Positions 21,472 to 33,660 of a stretch of 43,155 nt of DNA are shown here, one piece after another; the first letter of the stretch is position 1, and every line of letters begins with the position of its first letter. The notes beneath the pieces are model-generated. The model was not told the origin of the DNA and did no database searches. It saw nothing but the letters and a program-made list of their open reading frames with translations. Source of the DNA: Octopus bimaculoides (lineage: Eukaryota); contig NC_068988.1 in the NCBI RefSeq assembly GCF_001194135.2, positions 81,191,125-81,234,279 on the forward strand. Reading direction: 5' to 3'. The translations under genes and the position numbers were made by a program.

Positions 21472-22999
21472 TATACATGTACACACACACATACACACAT
21501 GATTATTACATGTATGTATGTTAATAAAAGATGCAAATAAGCCTGCAGGATGTGCACAATAGCTGCAAGTAAATCTAAAGGATGTATGTGCTCATGTAGA
21601 AAGTCCTGTGAATGCAGCTTGTTGAATAGTATGAAATATGTAATAGCAGAAGTTCCAGAAAAAGTGAAGTTGTTGCAACTAGTTGCATGTGGCATAGCAG
21701 TATATGTGTGTATATAGTGCAGCTGTATAGTGTGGAGAACATGTATTATGAGAAAGGTTCAGGAAAACTGGTAGAAACTGTTGGCAACGAAAAGGATAAG
21801 TACCTGAATAGTTAGTAAAAGGTGGTTTGGTGAGTCGATGGTAATCATTACATGAAGTCAAGATGAACTGGTTGCTGTTCTGTATGTGTTGCCAGTAAAA
21901 GCTGTGTCTGAATTGATGACTTTATAACTGGTCAGCTGTGGCTATCATCACCACAACAACTATCAAAAACATTGTATGTTAACTCACTAACAAGACTAGA
22001 AATGCCTGGCAATTTACTGTCTGAAGCCATTGATTATTCTGAAAGGCAATGACATAAGCACATCTGCTGATGCAATTTTACGTTAATTCATCTGTTGAGC
22101 AGATGAACGAATTGTTGCATCAGTTGATTTATTCAAAAGGTGATGACATAGTTACAGCTATTGATGTCTAGGATTGCTCTTTACCATTACATATCTGCAT
22201 TTTGCTTTTTACCTTTAGGTATCCATTTTGGTTTATCATGTGATGGTCAAGTCCATTTGGCTTTGCATAGACTATCTAATCCTTAATGTGATAGACTAGC
22301 TAAGCATCCCTACTTAAGCTATTTAAGGGACGATTTTCCCTCTAATTCCTAAGGGAGGTGAGTTGGTTATGAGTGAGTTAGATTTTCAACAATGAGAGCA
22401 GTATATTCCACTTTGTGGCTTCAGTGAGAAGTGATTCATAACCAAAATCTTTGATGCTATGTTTTTCATTTCTTCTAACATTTATCTTTAACTTCAAGAA
22501 ACATTTTGAAACCATGTAATGTTTTTAACAGAGTTCTACTTGTGCCAATTGATGTATTTCACTTTAGAGTCAGAAATAAATGTTGCAGTGCGGTCAGTTT
22601 TAATTTGCTTTTGTATTTTCTTATTGATATTCATCCTGACTCATATTAACCACAAGACATATTAACACTATCAGGGCTTAGTTATTGCTAAGTTATTTTG
22701 AGTTGTCTACTTCACCTTTAGTTTAGTTAAGCATTGTGTAAGTCTACTTTTCCTAAAAACAGTTACAGTCTTCATTAATTAAAGTTATCGTAGTTGCCAC
22801 AGTATATATTTAAAACTGTACTATTGCTTTCTTGACAACTAATCTTATCTTTCAAAAAATGAGACTCAAGGAAAGTATATAAGATAATTAAACTTTGTAT
22901 TAAACTGAAAGGTTCTCAGTTCAAAACTAGCTAAAGGGCAGGTATATATATAAAAGTAGCAACCCCTCTTCCTACCACTGACAGAGAATAAATAAATCA

Positions 23000-23140
23000 A
23001 AGCCAGAGAGGGAGCCTCTAAATGATTATTCTAATAACTCTAATTCATGCAGTTTTGGTAAGTAGGATACGATAATTACAGCTGACATATCTCTGATCAC
23101 AGGCCACTTCAGTCAGAGCTGACCTGGGTTAAACAATAAT
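23000..23140 (+). mobile_element. Repeat family B, copy
   Basis: TCTCTGATCACAGG..AGTCAGAGCTGACCTGGGTTAAACAA. Confidence 0.55.
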
Positions 23141-23399
23141 GTAGATAACAAAAACAAAATATAAGTTTGATAGTTTGGAAGCCTGAAACTAATCTGAGAA
23201 TATAAGTTTAAGGGACTGGGTTGACTAATGAGGCTGATAGATTATGTCTGATTAATATACAAACTGTTAGTTGTTAATTAGAATGATTTGGTAGTTAGCA
23301 CCATGCTTTTGATAATTATTTCACTTGCCTACAGTGTCACAAGTAGACAAAGACACTCAGACATTCCATCCTTGACTCAGTGGAACATTGAGAATCTGA

Positions 23400-23582
23400 C
23401 AGCTGTAGGGAGAAGGGACTGCACCTGTACCTGACTGGTAGTCAATTTCAGCTGAGCAGACTAGAATAATGTGAAGTAAAGTGCCTTGCTCAAGAATATA
23501 AAGCACCAAGTCCAAGCATTGAACCAATGATCTTATGATTGTGGAAGCAATATCCTAACCATTAGGCCATGCACTTTCACTA
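23400..23582 (-). mobile_element. tRNA-derived CORE-type SINE
   Basis: Minus strand: TGGCCTAATGGTTAG (A box), TGGTTCAATGC (B box-like), TCTTGAGCAAGGCACTTTAC (CORE-like). Confidence 0.75.
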
Positions 23583-23630
23583 GACCAATATGTAGCACTC
23601 TGGCTATGCAATATGTCAACCATGTACAAA

Positions 23631-23836
23631 GGCAGTGAGTTGGCAGAATCATTACAGCACCAAGCAAGATGCTTAGTGGGATTTCATCCATCTTTATGTT
23701 CTGAGTTCAAATTCCGCCAAGGTTGACTTTGCCTTTCATTTTTTCAGGGTCTACAATATAAGTTAGGCACTGGGGTCAATGTAACTGACTTATGTCCTAC
23801 CCCAAAATTGCTGGCTTTGTGCCAAAATTTGAAATC
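23631..23836 (+). mobile_element. tRNA-derived SINE, family A (best-preserved copy)
   Basis: GGCAGTGAGTTGGCAGAATC (A box), GAGTTCAAATTCCGCC (B box), GTTGACTTTGCCTTTCAT, ACTGGGGTCAATGTAA, GTGCCAAAATTTGAAA 3' end. Confidence 0.85.
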
Positions 23837-26633
23837 AATATGTCAACAATGTATAGAGTATTGTAATTGTAGTGTGGTGTGGTGTGGTGTGTCTATGACT
23901 TGCTGCTAATTAGTTGGGTGACTGTGGTCAAGAATGTCTATGTAGCTACTGTACCATTATTTAACGTCAAACAAGTTAGTATGAAATCTAAGTGTAGAGA
24001 GAAGCTGTGAATAAGTTAACTCTTTTGGTATATAAGTTGGTGTTCGAGCTTTTTCTCATCCAAACTGAATATAAATAATATTATAGTATAAACAGCAATG
24101 TGACAGCTACAATCTGACAATGGTTTAGAAACTTGTATAATTTCTAAGGAAATATGATGAAGCAGCCACATTTTTAGAGATACAGTGAGGTTTCTGATTA
24201 ACAGCAAATATAACAAATATTGCAAATGTGTAAGAGAAATTGTGAACCAGATTTAACCATGAAAGATGAGACCAAAATATGATGAGGAGTGTGTAATCTA
24301 GCTCAATGGAATAATACTGAAATGATAAGAAAAGTAATACAGTGATAAAATGTTTCTGCTGCAATTCTTTTCTTAAGTAATTCCTATGTTGCTTCAACTA
24401 AACGATTTCTCTAACTTTGTATCCCTGCTGAAATGGGTTATTAAATTTATTCTGTTTTTCATGTAATTCTAATAGAAGATTGATCTCAGATGTAGTTAGT
24501 GAATACCGAAGCATGTTATATTCCTGCTATAATGCTGTACATCTAAATGATAGTGTATTATATTAAGAGATAAATAAAGAAGACATGAGTTAGAAATAAA
24601 TAGTGAAATGAGACATGTATTAGTAACTATTACACAATGATATCTGTTGTATGATATGATATTATCATCAGAACATTTTCAGTGTAGATATCTGTTACAA
24701 CCCATGGCTTTAACATATATCTGCAGAGAGAATGGATGGATGATAATGTTACAGAACTGAGAATAACTTTGATTAGGAATATGGAAAGATTAAAGTCAAA
24801 CTGAAGTTGATAATAATTTTGAAATGATAGAAAGTTAACATTTTTGTTACCATATTTATTGAAATATGATAATGAAAGGGTTATATTGAAATACACTTAC
24901 TTTGTTTCAATTCATTTGGAATATAAATGAAGTATCTAGTAAAAAGCTGTCATTATTAAACAAGTGTTTGGAACACAAATAAATATGGAATTTGGAAAGA
25001 AGGTTTTAATTTACATCACATTAAAACAAGAAGTTTGTATCATGGAATTAGGTTTGGCTTTGGGTGTGTAGGTATCAAAAGGGTAAATCCTTTTATGAAC
25101 CAAAAGTATCAATGGGCTTGTTCCTTATCTCTGATCTCTTTAATTTTGAGTGGATGAGAGAAATTCTCCCTTGTTTAGAATACCAGAGGTTGTAAATTTT
25201 ATCTGTTTCTGGTCTGGTTTAACACTACAAACTGGCCCTTGCATGCCTTTAGTGGTGAACTCACTGTTGTAAACATTCAGGTCTCCTGAGGTCTTGTCTG
25301 ATGATAAATTCCTTCATCCCAGTTTTGGTTAGGGTCATGGGTTGTGTTTTACCACTAACTAAACCATTAAGATATTGAAGCAAAAAAAATACTCAGAAAT
25401 CACTCAGAAATATATTTAGCAAGACAGTAAGATAAACTGAAGCAAAGTACAACAATATATCCTGCCATCCACCCCAACAACCTACAAACAGTTGATTTAA
25501 ACTTGTAATCAATCAGTCAATCAAACTACTGCCATTGCCACCACTGTCTACTGTTATCAAGGCAGTCTATGAGAGATCTTCATAGACATGATCCTTATGT
25601 TCATCTGTTGACCTTAACTGTGGTGCACATAAACAGATCACTATTGATGTTGTGTAAGCTGTAACCAGTTCAAACTTAATCATTGTCACACTCTCACTGA
25701 CTTCAATTACTTTATCTCTCCATTTCTCTGCTAACTATGTCTAATCCACTAACTCACCTAGAAAAATTTGTACTCGAGTTTCTTGTTCATGAGAAGTTAA
25801 GGCACTCCATTATTTTATCTCTTTTACACAGCACAAATCAATTTGCCTCCACTCAAACATTTCCACAATAATTCCAGAAGACTTATTTTCTATTACACCA
25901 ATAAATGGGTTGCAGGTGGTACCCTACATTATAGTGACTGGCACGTTTTATTGCCAGACACTAAATTCAGGCAGTAATTATGATTTATGGAAGATTACAA
26001 AACTCAAAGTTAGGAATAGTGAGACTTTGTTAAAGGAGCTCTTAAAACTGATGACACATTTAATACAAAACATTATGGACTTACAGAAGCAGAAACTCAG
26101 AAAATGTAAAGTAAAGAGAATGGAAATATCAAAATATGAGAGGACTGAGTAACAGTGAATATGGAGCATCAACAGTGAGATCGATTTAACCTGCTGATTG
26201 AGACAGTTAGTGCTGTTACTACTCTCAATTACTCAGGGAGTCTTTAGTGTATAATCATAATTCAAAGTCAATGAAACTGAGCTACTAAAAGATAAAATCT
26301 AGGATGTAGGAGACATTTCAAGTAAACCCCCTGTTCATTGTTAAAGTAAGTGGCATGTACAAAACAGTATAAAGTTTGTACTAGATGATAGCTGGGTTAA
26401 AGAAAGTGAAGAGAGTGGGTAGAAATGTAATTTATGAGTTGTGCCATGTGAATCTGCTAACAAAGTTCCTTACTCTCAACAAAAGTGATTGATGCTAATA
26501 TAATTCCATAATAGTAGTATTCATAATAGTTCGTGTATGCTAATAAGTTCAGGCTGTTAACTTGTATTAACATCAGCAATTTATAATCTTACTGATGCAC
26601 ATCTTTCAAGTTATAATTTTTTTTAAATGTCAA

Positions 26634-26835
26634 AGAGGCAAGCTGGCAGAATTGTTAGAGCACTGAATATATCGTATTTCTTCCAACTCTTTACATTCTG
26701 AATTTAAAATCCCTCTGATGTCAACCTTACCTTTTATCCCTCTGATCTCAATAAAATAAAGTACCAATGAAGTACTGGGTCAATGGCATTGACTAAACCA
26801 TTCCCTAAGACTACTGGCCTAGCACTTAAATTAGA
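26634..26835 (+). mobile_element. Family A SINE, decayed
   Basis: Collinear similarity to 23631-23836. Confidence 0.75.
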
Positions 26836-26889
26836 AACAATTATTTAAGAAGGATAAAATTTCCCAATTTGACACAGATATCAATTCTT

Positions 26890-27065
26890 ATTGTTCAGAC
26901 CTAAATCAGTCAACTGGGCAAACCTATGGTCAAAGACATTCCATTAGTGACCAACATACTGTTTCAGAGGGGATATATCTTTCTTGGACTTGGTTTTAAG
27001 ATATAATGTAATTTGGAAGAGTTCTGATTGCTATTTCTAGTAGGTTGAGCAACCATGTAGAAGCA
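26890..27065 (-). mobile_element. Repeat family B, inverted copy
   Basis: TTGTTCAGACCTAAATCAGTC..CAAACCTATGGTCAAAGACATTCC ... GCTATTTCTAGTAGGTTGAGCAACCATGTAGA. Confidence 0.65.
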
Positions 27066-27582
27066 TGATGTCACAACGTTCTGAACTCAAACCTTCCTGG
27101 AATTAACTTTAATTAGTTAATCTTTCCCAAGTAGATAAAATGAGGGTTGGTATGATACCACAGTCAGTTTAATTAACTCTCTTTCACTCTCTCTTGTGTC
27201 AAGCCAAAAAATAAATTACCATTTCTGGACATAGAACTATTTCTTGCTTAACTTACACTGGCAATCAGAGGAGAACCCAACAGTTGCAATCAGGACTGTC
27301 TAGGTAGCCTTATAGCCTCACTCCCTCCCTACCAAATCAATGCAGTGAGCCCTAAGGCATTTATTTATTGACAACAGGCCACAATACACATAGGTCAGAA
27401 TTGGGCCTCTAGACTCTTGAGGCCCCTGGGAAACTGTCTAGTGTTCCCATGCCTTATGATGGGCCTAGCTGTGATTGTATATCTCATGTGAAATAGTCTA
27501 TTTTAGAGAGGTTAATGAGACTATGAAACAAAAAAAGACTAGTCATTTATTAGTCAACTATAGATTATTAAGAATATATATC

Positions 27583-27955
27583 CTTTTATTTTTTACTTGT
27601 TTCAGTCATTAGACTGCAACTGTGTTGGGGCACCACACTGAAAAGTTTTTAGTTGAATGAATTGACCCTAAGATTTATTTTTTTAAGTTTAGTACTTTTT
27701 CTATTGGTCTCTTTTTGCTGAAGTTATGGGGATGTAAACACACCATCAGTTGTCAAGTGGTGGAGGGTGACAAACCTAGACAAAAAGACTCACACACACA
27801 TGACAGTCTTCAGTTTCTGTCTATCAAATCCACTCATAAAGCTTTGGTTGGCCCAAGGCTATAACAGAAGACATTTCCCCAAGGCACCACAAAATGGGAC
27901 TGAACCCGAAACCATGTGGTAGAGAAGAAAATTTCTTACCACACAGCCACACCTG
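27583..27955 (-). mobile_element. Inverted copy of the 4291-4751 SINE family
   Basis: TACTTGTTTCAGTCATT ... GGGACTGAACCCGAAACCATGTGGT..CTTACCACACAGCCACACCT is collinear with the reverse complement of 4291-4751; only a short (CA)n at the microsatellite site. Confidence 0.88.
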
Positions 27956-28320
27956 ATATGAATTATTTTTCATATTAAGAATACTCACTCACCCAACATA
28001 CCCTACTCATCATCATCGTTTAAAGTCCATTAAAAATTAATGTAAAGATTTCCAGCAACTATCAATTCCAAATATATACAAGAAGTCTGTTTAGCAAAGT
28101 TGGAATTTTGATTGATTAACATTATAGGGCAAAGAATTAATTCATCAGTAACCCTGTAAACCATCAATTTAGTTATCACTTCCTAGTTATAAACCATCAA
28201 TCTAGTCATCAATTTCCAGTTAGTTTACTGCTTCACCATCAAATCAGTCAGTCTCTGTTTTACTATAGAAGACATGGGAGAGGTTTGAATGCCATAAAAG
28301 TATTTGTTGCTTTGTTGTTG

Positions 28321-28359
<39 letters not shown>

Positions 28360-28370
28360 TATATTATTAA

Positions 28371-28510
28371 GGCAGTGAGCGAGCAGAATCATTAGCAGGT
28401 TGGACAAAATGTTTAGCATCATTTCTTCCGGCTCTTTACATTCTGAGATTAAATTCAACTGAGGTCAAATTTACCTCTCATTTTTTGGGGGTTGATAAAA
28501 TGAAGTATTA
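28371..28510 (+). mobile_element. Family A SINE, 3'-truncated, preceded by (ATT)n
   Basis: GGCAGTGAGCGAGCAGAATCATTAGCA..TTCTGAGATTAAATTC..GAGGTCAAATTT. Confidence 0.75.
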
Positions 28511-28532
28511 ATCAAGACTTTAGAAAGGATTA

Positions 28533-29760
28533 CAAGGGTTGACTGAAAAGTTCATAGGCTGACTATGAAGGAGTGATGCTAGAGCTGTGAAATCTTGCAG
28601 GCATTAATTACAACTTTTTTTATGAATAACTGCATTGCTTATTTCTAAAGAAGATTTCAAAAGTAATTAGTAGTGACTGCTCTTCGAAATGGACAAAGTT
28701 TGGCATTGTGCTTTTTATCAAGTATCTGCAGAAAAAAAGATTTAACCCCCAACAACATTCATGCTGACAAGGTTGCTACATTAGGGGATGATGTTCCATC
28801 TTTATAAACTGTGCAAAAGTGGGCAACTGAATCTAGGAAGGGAAAGAAGAGTCTTGAAGATGACCCATGGTCTGGAACTCCTGCAACTGCCACCACCAAG
28901 GAAAACATTGACTGTGTTCATCACAGGTGATGGAAGATAAATGATTGAATAGAAATTAAATAGCCAATGCTCTTAGCATATCCCATGAAAGAGTTGAGAA
29001 TATTCTGCACAATGAACTTGACATGATGAAAGTTTCTGCTCAGTGGGTGCCACATCTTCTGATACCTGATCAAAAGTGCACCAGGCTGATCACATCACAG
29101 GAAAATCTGACATTGTTTCAGGTAGATCCAGCTGGTTTCCTAGAAGGTTTCCTTAACCCAGGATGAGTGTTGGATTCATCACTTAGAGTCAGAAACAAAG
29201 AGACAATCCATGCAGTGGAAACACTCCTCTTCAACTGTTCCAAAGAAGGCCAAAGTTGTTTCATTGGTAGGGAAAGAGATGATCTCAGTTTTTTGGGGTG
29301 CAAAAGGCACTGTGTTTGTTGACTATCGGGGAAAGGGCCACAGCATCAATGAAGAGTATTATGCCAACTTGCTGAGGCAGTTACAAAAGGCTATCAAGAC
29401 AAAATGCCCAGGAAAACTGACATAAAGGATCTTGTTTCATCAGGACAAAGCTCCAGCACACAAATCCTTGGTTTCAATGGCTGCTGTGTGTGACTGTAGT
29501 TTTGAACTTGTTGACCACCCTCCATATTCTCCTGATTTGGCCCCATCTGACTATCACCTGTTCTCCAGCATGAAATAAACACTGCTGTTGATCTTTTTTG
29601 ATGAACAAGATGAAATTTTCACCAATGTAATCCAAGCACTACAACATTGATGGAAGAAGTGTGTAGAGTGCAAGGAGTCTATGTTGAAAAATAAATCTCA
29701 TTTGGTCACATTCCATGTGAGTATTTTGGTCAGCCTATGAACTTTTCAGCTGACCCCACC
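28533..29760 (+). mobile_element. Near full-length mariner (DD34D), family 1, transposase pseudogene
   Basis: TIRs CAAGGGTTGACTGAAAAGTTCATAGGCTGAC and GTCAGCCTATGAACTTTTCAGCTGACCCCACC, TA on both sides. Motifs WVPHLL, LTQDECWIHH, SVFWGAKG, HQDKAPAH, HPPYSPDLAPSDYHLF; stops and frameshifts. Confidence 0.95.
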
Positions 29761-29765
29761 TATTA

Positions 29766-29930
29766 CTAGTGACATTTCTTCCAGCTCTTTACATTCTGAT
29801 TTCAAATTTTGCTGAGGTTAACTTAATCTTTCACCCTTTCAGGGTCGATAAAATAAGAACTATCTGAGTACTTGAATTGATTGTTCCCTTCCCTAAAATT
29901 GTTAGATTTGTGCCAAATTTTGAATCCATT
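29766..29930 (+). mobile_element. Family A SINE, 5'-truncated
   Basis: CTTTACATTCTGATTTCAAATTTTGCTGAGGTTAAC..CCCTTTCAGGGTCGATAAAATAAG..GTGCCAAATTTTGAA. Confidence 0.75.
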
Positions 29931-31602
29931 TTTATTATTGTTATTATTCATTTGCAGAACAGTAACCATATCTTTTTAAAGGGTTTCCTTCCTAGTTTTA
30001 GAATTTAGATAAATGAGATTAGAAAATTACAGAGAACTAATGCTAAGTTACATTAAAGCCACACAAGGATCATGTTAAAACAGACAATCATCTCTTCTCA
30101 GATTTGTCAATGAAGCCATTACGAAGAAATATATTGGTTGGATGATTTCAATGATTGATATTTCTGAAGATTCACATATTCCAACTGAATAAAAATTGTT
30201 GTATTCTATGGAGCCTAAGTGCAGTTAATTGAAGACCAGGTGTGAATTAAGAAACATTATTGCCAGGAATATGACATAACCAATTCCACAGTCCAGCATT
30301 TTGAGTCAGTTGTCAGTGTTAATAAAAATGAAAAACTAGATTCTGGAAACAGTTAAGCAAGTTCTTATTACAGAATTAATAGGAAGAGAAGTTTCAAATA
30401 TAGAAGTTGGGGTTCAATCCAAGAGAGCACAACTGCCATATCTACAGATTAATAAGGTGGCTGAAAAAAGTATTTATTAAAAGCAATAAACTAATTAAAA
30501 TACATGATGAAACCCCTGGTGATCAGCTGTCATAGGGGAGACAATCCCTTTTTGATTAAGTTCAATCAAGGTAGGTTTGGAAGTTTGAAATTTAAATCAA
30601 AGAATAAAGAAGGTGTACAGAATATACACATTTATTATTACTTTTTCTATACACTACAAAGAACTTAAAGTTACTAGTCAAAAGTGCCATGTATAAAGTT
30701 ATTTCATTCTTCTTTGGAATTGTTAGCACAGCATTATCTGAAGTTAAATACATTAAAATAAATCAAACTTTATACTAAGACAATTCTTAAGTATGAGCCA
30801 GTTAATTATTCAACTGAAGAAAATCAAAAAATGAAAATCTATGTAAATTTACAGTGATTTAATTAATTTGAAGAGGCAGACAGCCATAAACTGTAAAATG
30901 TGATCAGTCAAAAGGAAAAAAGCAGCAAGAAGGCTTGTGTGTGTGTGTGTGTGTATGTGTGTGTGTGTGTGCACGCACACATATAGCACACAACTAGTCT
31001 TCTCAGAATGATACTAACCAACGATATTAAAAGTAAAAATCAAACCCCAACAAAAAACACACCATGGACGCATGCACACGCACACACACACACACACGAA
31101 CATGCACAAAATATACATAAAAAATAGAAAAGTTGGGAGACCCAGATTGAAGAGATGAAAGAGGCCCATAGTAATGAGGAGGGCCATGGCATTGATGAGG
31201 CTGTTGAATGATAATGAAAGGATTGTGACAAACCAGCTGATCGATCAATTGATTGAACAATTAATCAAGGAATTGATTAGTTAAATTATTACCGAGTTGA
31301 ATAATAATAATAGTAATGATGATAATAATAATAATAATAAGTAGTGAAATAGAATTATGTGTTTGTTATTGGCAAAATGACTCTCCTAATATACAATAAT
31401 GTTTATACAATTGTTACTTCAGATTATTGATCAGTTATTTTTGAAAACCTTGAAGTTACTTTCTTAAACTATGTCAATAGAGTTTAAACAGAAAGTACAG
31501 TCATTGCTTTCCAATTTAGAAAATCTATGTTAAATCTTAGCAGAGATTTTATGGAAATTTTTACAATTATCACTAGAATGTGATATTATTATATATTACA
31601 TT

Positions 31603-31805
31603 AGGGCTGCAAGCTGTTAGACTTTTTAGTGTGTTGGACAAAATATACAGCACTGTTTCTTCTGGCTCTGAGTTCAAATACCACTGAAGTCAACTTTGCC
31701 TTTCATCCTTTCAGTGCTGATAAAATAAAGTACCAGTCAAGTACGTGGCTTGATGCAATCAACTTGTGCCTCTCCTCAAAATTGCTGTCCTCATGATGGA
31801 ATTAG
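31603..31805 (+). mobile_element. Family A SINE
   Basis: CTCTGAGTTCAAATACC..GTCAACTTTGCCTTTCATCCTTTC..GATAAAATAAAGTACCAG. Confidence 0.8.
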
Positions 31806-31860
31806 AATTATGATACGTATTACATTGCTACTATAAGCAGTGTATATTTTCTTTACTTTT

Positions 31861-32030
31861 CATCATTTAATGTCCATTTTCCATGCTGGCATGAGTTAGA
31901 TGGTTTGGTTAGAGATGGCAAGCTAGAGAGCTACACCAGATTCCAATCATGTATTTCCATGGCTGGATGCCCTTCCTAATGCCAACCACTTTACAGAGTG
32001 TACTGGGTGCTTCTTACATGACACCAGCGC
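31861..32030 (-). mobile_element. RTE LINE 3' UTR fragment, older copy
   Basis: CATCATTTAATGTCCATTTTCCATGCTGGCATG..GCTGGATGCCCTTCCTAATGCCAACCACT matches 32135-32300. Confidence 0.8.
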
Positions 32031-32134
32031 AAGCGCTTTTTTATGTATTATACATTATATCATTAATATACATCACATTGCTAATATGAATTACATTTCT
32101 ATTATATATTACATGGCTATTATATTATACACTA

Positions 32135-33660
32135 CATCATCATCATCATCATCATTTAACGTCCGCTTTCCATGCTGGCATGGGTTGGATGATTTGACTG
32201 AGGACTGGTGAACCAGATGGCTGCACCAGGCTCCAATCTGATCTGGCAGAGTTTCTACAGCTGGATGCCCTTCCTAATGCCAACCACTCTGAGAGTGTAG
32301 TGGGTACTTTTACGTGCCACCGGCATGAGGGCCAGTCAGGCAGTACTGGCAACAGCCACGCTCAAATGGTGTTTTTTATGTATCACCTGCACAGGAGCCA
32401 GTCCAGCAGAGCTGGCAATGACCTCGCACGGACATTTTTTCATGTGCCAGTGTGGCGACNNNNNNNNNNNNNNNNNNNNNNNNNNNNNNNNNNNNNNNNN
32501 NNNNNNNNNNNNNNNNNNNNNNNNNNNNNNNNNNNNNNNNNNNNNNNNNNNNNNNNNNNNNNNNNNNNNNNNNNNNNNNNNNNNNNNNNNNNNNNNNNNN
32601 NNNNNNNNNNNNNNNNNNNNNNNNNNNNNNNNNNNNNNNNNNNNNNNNNNNNNNNNNNNNNNNNNNNNNNNNNNNNNNNNNNNNNNNNNNNNNNNNNNNN
32701 NNNNNNNNNNNNNNNNNNNNNNNNNNNNNNNNNNNNNNNNNNNNNNNNNNNNNNNNNNNNNNNNNNNNNNNNNNNNNNNNNNNNNNNNNNNNNNNNNNNN
32801 NNNNNNNNNNNNNNNNNNNNNNNNNNNNNNNNNNNNNNNNNNNNNNNNNNNNNNNNNNNNGGTTCAACTTTTCTCTCACGGTACTTACACTCTGTCAAGT
32901 ATGCACACTGACATTACACATCCAGCGGAGTATACTGGCTTCATTCCTTCCGAGCTTATACATGTCCTCAGCAGTCATGGCCCATGTTTCACTGCCATGT
33001 AGCATGGCTGTTCGTACACGTGTCATACAGTCTACCTTTTACTCTGAGTGAGAGGCCCTTTGTCACCAGCAGAAGTAAGAGCTCTCTGAACTTTGCTCAG
33101 GCTATTCTTATTCTAGCAGCTCACATTCATTGCACCCACCCCCACTACTGACTTGGTCACCTAGGTAACGGAAGCTGTCAACTACTTCTAGTTTTTCTCC
33201 CTGGAATGTGGCAGAAGTTGTTCTCTGCACATTTTCAGTGTTTATTGCTCCTGAGCATCTGCCACATACAAAAACTATCTTCCCAGTTAGCCTTCCTTTG
33301 ATATTGCTGTACCTCTTATGTGTCCATAGCTTACACTGTGTACACCTTATAGAATTTCTACCTACGCCTTTTCTGCAGATTGAGCAGGGCCGTCTACCTG
33401 AAGGGATTTGTGGTTTGTCTGCCTTCCTACTTATTAAGACTTTGGTTTTAGCTAGGTTGACTCTAAGGCCCTTCGATTCTAATCCTTGCTTCCACACCTG
33501 AAACCTTTTCTCTAGTTCTGATAGTGACTCAGCAATTAGAGCTAGGTTATCAGCATAGAGAAGTTTCCTGTCTTGAATTCTTCTGTTATTGCCTGGAGGA
33601 CTATGATAAATAGGAGAGGGCTGAGGACTGAACCTTTATGTACTCCTACCTCTACCCGGA
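32135..33660 (-). mobile_element. 5'-truncated RTE-clade LINE (ORF2 3' part, 3' UTR, (GAT)n tail), spans a gap
   Basis: Minus-strand VGVHKGSVLSPLLFIIV, LLYADNLALIAES (YADD to YADN, 33546-33557), GLRVNLAKTK, Cys-rich insert, FRYLGD, AKFRELL, AMLHGSETW; (CAT)n at 32135-32155; gap 32460-32860. Confidence 0.92.

Noticed and set aside
21390-21861. Minus ORFs 21390..21695 and 21679..21861
   Set aside because: Partly run through microsatellite and the maT TIR; no convincing splice pair or homology.
23631-23720. tRNA genes at SINE heads (also 4291, 23500-23582, 28371)
   Set aside because: A and B boxes are present but no cloverleaf could be folded and they continue into multicopy SINE bodies.
27415-27467. 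hAT-like terminal segment
   Set aside because: Only one decayed end is visible, with no partner TIR or TSD.
28371-29930. A single SINE split by the mariner insertion
   Set aside because: Both flanking SINE pieces contain the same internal segment, so they are two separate copies.
30040-30470. Plus-strand peptides RFVNEAITKKYIGW and ILETVKQVLITELIG
   Set aside because: Short, separated by stops, poor splice signals, no recognisable family.
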